From: Polymyxa betae A26-41
Taxonomy: Eukaryota > Protista > Endomyxa: Phytomyxea
Assembly (NCBI GenBank): GCA_003693705.1
Contig: RBZT01000364.1
Span: forward strand, 1 to 64,000
DNA: 64,000 nucleotides
Direction: 5' to 3'
Part shown: positions 55,634-64,000 of the stretch, piece by piece
Layout: each line of letters opens with the position of its first letter
Position numbering within the stretch: position 1 is the first letter of the stretch
Notes under the pieces: model-generated
The model's input: only the letters and a program-made list of their open reading frames with translations
What the model was told of the DNA's origin: nothing
Database searches by the model: none
Made by a program: the position numbers and the translations under genes

Positions 55634-56649
55634 GATGCTAAGAGCGAAACTTGATGTTCTATGAATTGATTCAGTTAGCTTGTGAGGGAGGCACGCGACT
55701 CGATCGAAACAGTCCGATATCCATTAATGAATCACCATATTTCTCCGGTAGGAGCACAACCATAAGTGCCTTCGATGAATTTACAATTAAATTTCGGTAG
55801 ACTGGGTGGGTATGGAAGACCATAACTCTGATAGAGCGAAATGCTCTCTCATTGTCATATTGCAAATTAGGCGAAAGCAGCTCAAATACAAAGAGAAAAC
55901 AAAACCATCAAGAAATACAAAGACACATTTTTAGTAATGATTATCACATTGCAAGTGATATTTTAAGAGTAATATATAAATACAGAAACTGGGTATTAGA
56001 CAATGACTAAGGATGTACTAATGAATATGCAGTGATCCACGAGACCTAAAAATATCTATGAGCTATCAGGAGTATTGTGTAAAAGTCGTACCAGGAAACT
56101 GGCATATGAAGGCATCCCTCCTTCCGTAATCATATCCCAGGGATTGAATTCATCCTGATCAACTTTCAGGAATTGGAAATAGGCGAATGTCGAGACCAGA
56201 TATAAAACAGCAAATCTATCCCGAAAAAATCAATACTGAGCAGAAGGTTGCTTTTAAAAATCATACGAAATGTTGCCCAAAGCGCCAGTTACAGGAACGA
56301 TGCCGAAAGCCAATCCGACGACAACAGCTAGGATCTGCCTTAACCAATACAGCACCGATTCCAGTTCAACCTATGCTGAAATGTCAAGTTGTGTTTCCAG
56401 CAGAACCGAAACCCGCCCCGCTTGACCTTTGTCCATTCTTGCTCAGGCTGGAACGCCTTAACCCAGTCGAACCCAGCCTTGCCTTTACCGACACCCATGC
56501 TTTCTCTATTCAGGTTTATGAGATGAAAGGGGCCGCTCTACGTAATAGGTTTTCCAAATTGCGAAAAATATTTCAATATTGTTTTTTTTATCCAATATTT
56601 TAGGGCTAACCGCAGATCACAACGAGAACTGAAAATTGTATTTGAATGG

Positions 56650-57579
56650 TCAAACTTTCTGCTCGAAATTTCGACCAGAAAATGTCTTTTTCTTTTTATC
56701 TTTGCCGTCGTCTTGTTCGACCTTGGCCCGATTAAGAATCTTGAGTAGAGACACCACCCTGGCACGCATCCTGAGATGGAAGTACGCTTTGCTGCATTTA
56801 ATGTGGTATTGGACATATGTTCGGAATCCTGAAAACACAGCTGCTGCAGATTCGACTTTTAGTGGCGTATCAACATGGCTCGGTAGCATTCCAAACGAAA
56901 TAAAACCAACATTGCCAATCGGTCCATTCACCGAGAAAGCATCCTGTATTTCTTTCGGAGGCGCCATTGAAAACTGAACCAAAGGCCCAGCAGGCACCTT
57001 CCGCTTAGCTTCGGCGAATTCGGTTAAGAACACTGAGCTGATAACAGCATCGGAGCGTTCTTTAACGCCTAAGGAAAAAACACATACAACCCGGTCGTTT
57101 TTTGGGATCAAAAAGACGACGCAATCGGGATGTAGCGAGAATCGAGCCGGCTGCAGTTGCATTTGGGTATTTTTTGATAATGCCCCAAAATACAGAGAAA
57201 ATGGGGCTCCAGAGACAACTTGTCGCAGACGGCATACAGCTTGGATCAAGTCGTTAACATGAGCAGGATCGATATTAGCCAGATCCATTCTAAGGCAAGC
57301 ATCGCTGCCATCTTCAGGTCTGATCACCAGATCACCATACGTATCTTTCAGAAACTGCTCGACACCCAATCCAACCAGGTCTTTGTAGATGGGTACAGAC
57401 AAAGATAAGATCAGGATGTCATGAGGGCCATCGGGAGTGGCGCGCGACGATCGCAGCCAATAATGAGCGCCGTCAAAATCGCAGATCTTGACATCGATAG
57501 CGGTGCGCTTCTCTGCCGCGAAAGCAGCGGCAATGGTCTCCTCCAAGATCCGATTTCGCGTCTCAAGCTGAACTAGCAT
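56650..57579 (-). CDS. ARPC2: Arp2/3 complex subunit 2 (p34), intronless
   Basis: LETRNRILEE, DFDG, DRVVCVFS, FLTEF, FRTYVQYHIKCSKAYFHLRMRARV...LNRAK, KTFSGR. Confidence 0.95.
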   Translation of the reverse strand: MLVQLETRNRILEETIAAAFAAEKRTAIDVKICDFDGAHYWLRSSRATPDGPHDILILSLSVPIYKDLVGLGVEQFLKDTYGDLVIRPEDGSDACLRMDLANIDPAHVNDLIQAVCRLRQVVSGAPFSLYFGALSKNTQMQLQPARFSLHPDCVVFLIPKNDRVVCVFSLGVKERSDAVISSVFLTEFAEAKRKVPAGPLVQFSMAPPKEIQDAFSVNGPIGNVGFISFGMLPSHVDTPLKVESAAAVFSGFRTYVQYHIKCSKAYFHLRMRARVVSLLKILNRAKVEQDDGKDKKKKTFSGRNFEQKV

Positions 57580-57940
57580 GGTTAGAAATGGGCTCTGGAA
57601 CAGAACATCTGTTCCAAGACATCACAAAGGTTACGATCGAGGCCGCGCCCAACCTTAATAACAGCCGAACTGCTATCGAAAGCATTAGCCTGAACAGAAG
57701 CTAAACACAACCGTTTGCTTGGCTGAAGGCAATTGTGATGTTAACCTTTGCTGATTTGTAATGCCTATTAGTTCAGAAACTTCAATTAAACGAAAAAAAA
57801 TCTGATGGTATTTTCTCAAAAGTCTGAATTCCTCCTGTCTTCAACAGAAATTCTGAAGATGCTGAAGCTTTTATATGCAACACATCAGCATCGCTTACGT
57901 TATACAATTTCGCTGAGAATAATAATCATTTAGCTGTACT

Positions 57941-58644
57941 TCATTCAAAATTCTTTTGTTCGAGTTCAGATTGTATCAAAAAGACCTAGAAACATTTAGC
58001 GATGAATTTAGTTATACTCTTGCAATAACAGCATTCTCAAGTGATCGAAAGTTTTTTATACAATTAGCAGACCGTCTGCGATAAGCATCAACGACGACGA
58101 AGAGGAAACCGGCCTCTGGACAGGCTACGAACAGTCCCACCCAGTCATGATACAATCGATTGATGTACTCGTTGATGATAATCAATGCGCCGGTCGACCC
58201 TGAGCAGAATACCATCGGTAGAATCAGCGTAGTCGAGATCGGCGGCATGATGATGCCAGCAATGATAGAAGCTCCACATACGCCGGCAGTGAGGTATGGC
58301 GCCACCATGAACGCTTTCAACATGATCACATCCAGTTGACGTTCACCGACCAATCTTCTAATGAAGCCTTTGCCGAGACGCAGCATGAAATCGATCTTGC
58401 GCTCCAGGTCGGTGTAATCTCTGCCCGAATCACTTCGAACAGGCCCTAAACGTTCTTTAAAAAAACGACGGGAAACAGCAGAACTGCATTTACTGGAATC
58501 ATTCTCAGGAACAGGAACAATGGCGTCCTCCACAGCCTCGGGTAAGGTCGATTCAGAGATGGTCGATGCCAGTTCGGGAGGAGCCGCATCGACCAGCACG
58601 GTCGCGGCCAGCAAGCTGATGGCGATCACGAGCAGGAACCTCAT
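57941..58644 (-). CDS. Predicted secreted/membrane protein of unknown function
   Basis: Signal MRFLLVIAISLLAATVLVDA; central hydrophobic hairpin; probable short terminal exon. Confidence 0.65.
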
Positions 58645-59209
58645 GGTGTCGAAGATAATCAGCTTTCGATATGCTCAGCGGAATCACCTGGCATATCTGG
58701 ACTGCTGGACTCGGGGGGAGGCTAAAAATAGTTCTGGGCGGACGCGGGCATAGTGGCACCGCCGCGTCCGGGGTGTCGCCTCGTCAAGTAAGGACCCTCT
58801 GGAGAGCCCTGCCTTGCTATTGCGTCCGCAAGGCGTTCCACGAAGAGCGCTACGGTAGTCGTCTATCATGATCGTACAAAGTCATGGCTGGTTGCGGTAT
58901 CTCCTCGATGCTCTCAGGGTCGAGAAGAGAGTCGTTTAGTAAATTGTTGTAGATGGATCCTTGATCAGAAAGCATATTTAGCTTACAAAGATTACAAAGA
59001 TGTTATCACATTCGAATCCGAATGAAAGAATCTAAAAGAAGTGTATAGCTTTGCTCTATCTTGCAGAGAAGGGGGTTGATACTTTATCCATGTTGTTTCG
59101 TTCTGCTGTTTCTGTGTTTGTTGTAGTCTCTAACTTTATACTAATTATTTAATCGAGATGTTATTATTCAAATATTATAAATTACAAACAGGACCTAAAT
59201 ATGGAAAAA

Positions 59210-59693
59210 TCATTGGCTGCGATCAGGATTAATTTCGGCGAAGAGAAATTGCCTTCCCCCAGTTGAATATATTCGATTGTCAAACTCATCTAGACCGACA
59301 AATCTTGGCGTTAATCGAGAAAAGCCAAGGGGTAAAGATCCATTCACAACTCGGTATCGGCTGTTATGGGTGATCGTGGCCACGATAGGCGCAGTAATGG
59401 CTGCCAGCACAAATGAATGAAGATGGTATCGTCCGAAGATAATTCGAATTAGCCAGTTCGCAATTCGCAGCGCAAGATCGATGTTCTGCAGGCCACCGCC
59501 ATCGAATCACTAACAGCCCAGAGCCATTTACATGATCTGAGTAACAACCATACAACTTTGGCATTTTGATGAAGCGTTTTACTGTAACAATACTCATCGC
59601 ATCGAGAGCGTATGGCTTTGTCAAAGCGAGACGTTCAATCCAGTTTACAACTCCTCCAGCCCTTGAATAAGCAACGTTTTTTCTTTTGCCCAT
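59210..59693 (-). CDS. Hypothetical protein (about 145 aa, 1 intron)
   Basis: ORFs 59364-59693 and 59210-59410 join in frame through a gtaaat...ctgcag intron. Confidence 0.5.
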
Positions 59694-59710
59694 GGTTTCT
59701 GTCTTCGTGA

Positions 59711-60305
59711 TTACTCTTTCAAAGTGGCTTCTTCCGATAGTCTCATCTTTGAACTTCCAGGCGTTAGTGACGACGCTGCCTCTTTCGTAGCAGTTATGCT
59801 GCCCATCGACCAGCTGATGGGTTCCGTCAGCAGCAGCGAATCCGCCGTCAATCTTGGCTTGAAATCGTAGAACAGCTTCACCACCACCGGGCTGGACTTC
59901 GCTCCGCCTTTCAGGCCAAGGCAGCGAAACGATGGCGTCTTCAGAGGGATCTGGTTGGCTGGAATTGGGGGATCTCGATACAGCACCAAACCCTCTAACA
60001 ACAAGCTAAGCAATATAATCGTCTCTACGAATGGAATATTACAGACCGATACTTCCTGTTCGTTCTTGAATGGTTTGAGAAAGCCACAGCATCGAGTTGT
60101 CGATGTGAGCGTGGACCTGGAAGTGCATATGGGCCCAATTGACCAGGGCGATCTCGATCAAGAGCCAGCTGCTTGCAGCTGATGAAGTAACATCCGCGTC
60201 GGCTCGCTCATGAAAATCGTGAGCAGAAACGAAAGTGGTCGACGATCCTCCGCTGGTGCTTTTGCCCTTCTTTTTACCTTTAGACTTTTTGCCTTTTTTC
60301 GCCAT
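59711..60305 (-). CDS. Uncharacterised protein, Lys-rich N-terminus and possible ubiquitin-like fold (1 intron)
   Basis: MAKKGKKSKGKKKGK; LVNWAHMHF...IQERTGSI|EGLVLYRD...LFYDFKP...SLLL. Confidence 0.65.
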
Positions 60306-60534
60306 GTCCCATAAGTACTTGCTTGATCAATTGCAATCTGAAAATATCTTTCAAATGACCAGAGCAATGCTTTTGTAGAAAAGTGTATGAAAGTATTGAA
60401 AGTTCTTATCGAGCAAAAAGAATGGGAATCGGTTTTGCCGTTAACATCGACAGAATTTGAAAGCAAGTTAACTTTCTGGAGGCAGGATAATACGATGGAA
60501 AGCATTGCGCTTCTGTTCAGAACGTTATGCTGGT

Positions 60535-61293
60535 TTATTTGTCAGTGGCCATAGCGGCGCGAGCCTTTCGAATAAATTCAAGTTTGTCAACATTTTCGAA
60601 ATATTTCTTCAAAACTGGGAATTGTTTTAAATCGATTGCAAGATGATGAAACCAGGTCAGGATGATATAAAGATAGGCATCGGCAACTGTGAATTTATCG
60701 CCAAGCAAATACTTCTTAGCACCATCATCAAGCTCAATTTTGCTCAAATATTGCAATTTTGATTTAAACCTGAAACACACAACTCACGACCTGTAAACGA
60801 TAACGAAATGGTGAACAGCTGACTGTTTGATAAGAAATTCTCTCGTATCCGATGACAATCCTGGACCGAACAAAGGGGCGACTGATGCATGCACTTCAGA
60901 CGATAAATAGCTAAGCTTGGATTGCAACAAATATCGAGCTGATGTCCCGTTTGGAGGCGCCAGTTCAGCAGGTTGATTCTGGTCGGCGATCCATTGTAAA
61001 GTCACTGAATTCTCATTTAACAGAGTCTTATCATCCAGGACGATTGCCGGAACGTTCCCTTTCGGATTGACCGAGAAGAAATCCTTGCCTCTGTCTGGTC
61101 CAGTCTTGATCTGATGTGTTTTGAGATCAACCTGGTGCGTTTTCAACTTGTCTCCGAGAATCCCGGCTCTATAGGCAGCAATGTAGCTGGCAGCGCCACA
61201 AGAACTAGGTGTATAGTACAGATCGGCGAAGAATCGGCATTGGACAAGCCGACGACCATGACGAATGGGGTTGACTTTTAGGCGACCGATCAT
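60535..61293 (-). CDS. Glutathione S-transferase, beta-class-like, with N-terminal presequence (1 intron)
   Basis: LYYTPSSCG, VDLKTH, VNPKGNVPAIVLDD, SSEVHAS, YLLGDKFTVADAYLY, resembling E. coli GstA. Confidence 0.9.
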
Positions 61294-62540
61294 GATCGTG
61301 TGGTGAATGACCAATCAGCAAATGCTTTAATGATGCGTTCTTATATGGTGGGACACTCAATGGGTCATCTGATGGGGTGACCTTGTAAGACCCCATGACC
61401 CCATGGGCTACAGCCGTCCGGGCTAGCGTGCTAATCACAAGCATTCATACCGGTTGTGAGTCCAGCTTGGAAAGGCATTTGAAGAAATGCCACGCGGCCG
61501 ACGTCCTTAAAATTTAAAGCGAAACCAAGAAGAATGCACATCCGTTTGGAGCTTCAGCATCTTTGGCAAGCGATTCGACGCAGGAACCTGTACAACAATC
61601 CGCTTTCAGAGAAGACTAACAGTACTGGCTTTTAGATGTTCACAGCTAAAATTGTTGAAAGAAGACAGGCAGGATTCGAATTGGATCATGTCGTTTGTCG
61701 TCACAGAGTTCTAATCGCCCAGATGCTCTGAAACGCTGGACAGCGACATGCTCCCAGATAGGGCCAATCTAACAAGGTCAAGGTCCAGCAAAGCATCGCC
61801 GTCTCGTTCCGATTCGGCCAGGGCAATACCGATCTGGCCGAAGCTCCCGAAAGCTGCGTCTACCGCTAGTATCGCATCCCAATACAATCACGAGGAACTT
61901 CCTTCCATCGCCAGCGCAGGCAATCGACGAACGTATTCTCACTTTCTTTTAGGAATGAATCAATGCTTTCTATTACCAATGTTTTTGAGCTTTAGCCAAA
62001 TTTGCTCACTGACTGATGCTTTTATCAACCTTGTTTCTTAAAAAAAACCCGAGGATTCAATATTCTCATATCGTTTTGGAGAATGTCGTTTTGGACAATT
62101 TCGAATTCCTTTTTCAATAGTTGCTGTCGGAGAATCTGATATGTTCAGGAATCGGCAGGTGCTAGTCGGCTCAAGACGAGTGCTTTTCCGAACAAGGACT
62201 TGCAAGTGCCTCCAAGTCCTATTACTCGCACTCATCATTGGCTCGATCTTGATCACGATGGCCATCTTCATCGCGAAAGTCATCGAACAATCGTCTAGTA
62301 AGCGGTGAATTTTAGCTGTTATGGGATTAAACCACAACATAAATACTATATCAAGCTCTGAGCGTACCGTTAGGCAGCTCTTAAATTGTTAGTACAAAAA
62401 TATATTGCTGGAAGAAAATAAAAACAGATGTGAAGCTTAAGAGAGCTTGTTCAAAGTTGATAAACGATGCGGCACAAAGCTTCATCCAACGAACAGCAAA
62501 GGAGTCCCTCATCGTTAAACAGGCGCAAATCTATCGTCCT

Positions 62541-64000
62541 TTACTTGGAGTTATTAGCAAGAAAATTTTCAATCCATTTTTCGTTGATTTTCCCTACACC
62601 TTTCAGATCGGCAACCTACAGGATTGAGTGAAAATTCGGTTGAAAGATTAAAAATAATCTTACAGTAGCAAACGTCTTCGAGTCTCTAGCCCCAATGATG
62701 CTTTTCGCGATAGCCTTGCCAATACTTTTATAACAGCATAGTTCTTTAATATCCCCGCAATTCAGAGCTTGCACAAACTTCTCTTCTTCAAAGGGAATCT
62801 GTTTTGGTGGTGGTGGTAATGGTAATTGGACTGCAACAGGTTTTACTGGGCTTAGAAGCGAGTCGATGTTTTTATCATCCTAGTAGGTGTTAGTAACATG
62901 ACTAAATGAACAATGAGAGGCATTCGAAAGCAAATCATTAACAAACACTACATAATTACATCAAGTATTCAAAAGGTCTTACGCTGCAAGCGCGAAAACA
63001 ACTGAAAAGCAAATGTTCGAACCTTTCTCATAGTTTGACGACATTTTGCATCCAGTTCCTCCAATTTTGCACGAATGAGGTCATTGCTGGGCACTAAAGC
63101 CGAAGCTTCCCTCAAAAGATTTAAAGCATCATAATCAAGGCCCTTTTTAGAGAATTCTTTAGACACTTTAACAAAATCCCATGCCAGCTCAGTTTTCTGT
63201 TTTTTAATGTAGGCATCTGCATTCGAAGTTGGAAATGCAACCTGTGATCATATTTTGTCAGCCGCATCAAAAATCAAATTGAACTAGTCAAACCTCGGGG
63301 TCCTTCGAACCTTTCGGTTGTTCAGACTCAAGGCATTCAAGCGATCGTTTCTTAGTGATACCCGCTCCGTTGAAATTGTCTTGCCTCCCGTTGGCATTTT
63401 CTACAGATTCGTCAACAAACAACAAAAACTATGTATATAAGCCAATGCATAAGTTCAACCAGAAAATGATCATTTGATTAAAAAATGCAAGCTAGGATCG
63501 TACGACGTTTTAAAAGCGAACATTCCACAAATAGGCAAGAACCTTTGTTAGAGACATCGGCATGGCTTGAATTTGAAGCTTTACCGTTTGCTTTGGCGGT
63601 TGCCTCTGGAAATATGTCAGTCAGCAAACCATGACAAAGAAGGACAGAATCACCTGGTTCTATTGAAAGAGCTACTGTCTGAACTTCTTCAACAGCACAT
63701 TCTGTTGAAACAGAATGAGCGGTTTTGAAATAAAACAGTCAGAGTCCAGAAATGATAATGATCAAATTAATAAGCAAAATTCTGGAAAATCGCTAAGCAA
63801 CCGAGTTCTTCTCGTATGGTAAATTGAGTGCTGAAGACTGGAAAGACAATCGCATAATACCTCCATTGAAAGAGCCCTTGCTGGGTATGTCTAAAATTCA
63901 TGTTACAAATGGCAATACCAATCGAATGAACTCATACTTGCGCTCGAATTTGTGATATTCCTCGATTTTACAGCAAATGAGAGCGTGGTAAAAGAGGAAG
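62541..64000 (-). CDS. Kinesin-10 (KIF22/Kid-like) C-terminal part; gene runs off the window
   Basis: End of motor domain TTLSFAVKSRNITN at the window edge; C-terminal helix-hairpin-helix LNCGDIKELCCYKSIGKAIAKSIIGAR...VADLKGVGKINEKWIENFL. Confidence 0.72.

Noticed and set aside
56187-56603. 138-aa plus-strand ORF downstream of ARPC2
   Set aside because: No motifs or other support; cannot be called without expression data.
61660-61700. ttcgaatcc (minus strand) resembling a tRNA T-loop
   Set aside because: No T-stem pairing, acceptor stem or D-arm; not a tRNA.
61700-62340. Possible small spliced gene on the minus strand between the GST and kinesin genes
   Set aside because: Several alternative frames, none resolvable or recognisable.

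Overview
Gene-dense eukaryotic nuclear DNA with many short GT-AG introns (mostly about 35-60 nt), so most genes appear as several ORF fragments. Short introns, compact intergenic spaces, a ciliary RP2 gene and TTTTAGGG-like motifs suggest a flagellated protist, possibly a plasmodiophorid such as Spongospora (inference only). About 32 genes are supportable: a tandem RNase III/dsRBD protein, WW-MyTH4-FERM, AP-4 sigma, DHX35, TPR-JmjC, class I glycerate kinase, ATG4, an ankyrin protein, PIG-X, a WbuC cupin, ISWI, VPS13B, Lon, eIF5A, cathepsin Z plus a tandem pseudogene, RPS16, RP2, ARPC2, a beta-class GST and the 3' end of a kinesin-10. A MITE lies at the start. The most striking observation is that VPS13B is split into two halves on opposite strands, head-to-head about 110 bp apart. 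Other highlights are a Drosha-like protein whose first RNase III domain has lost all four catalytic residues, bacterial-type enzymes (WbuC, a beta GST with a mitochondrial-like presequence), an ER-lumenal TPR-JmjC dioxygenase and a small RFxV-motif/leucine-zipper protein. Exon boundaries and family calls were made by eye and from memory of family motifs; coordinates of spliced genes are approximate.
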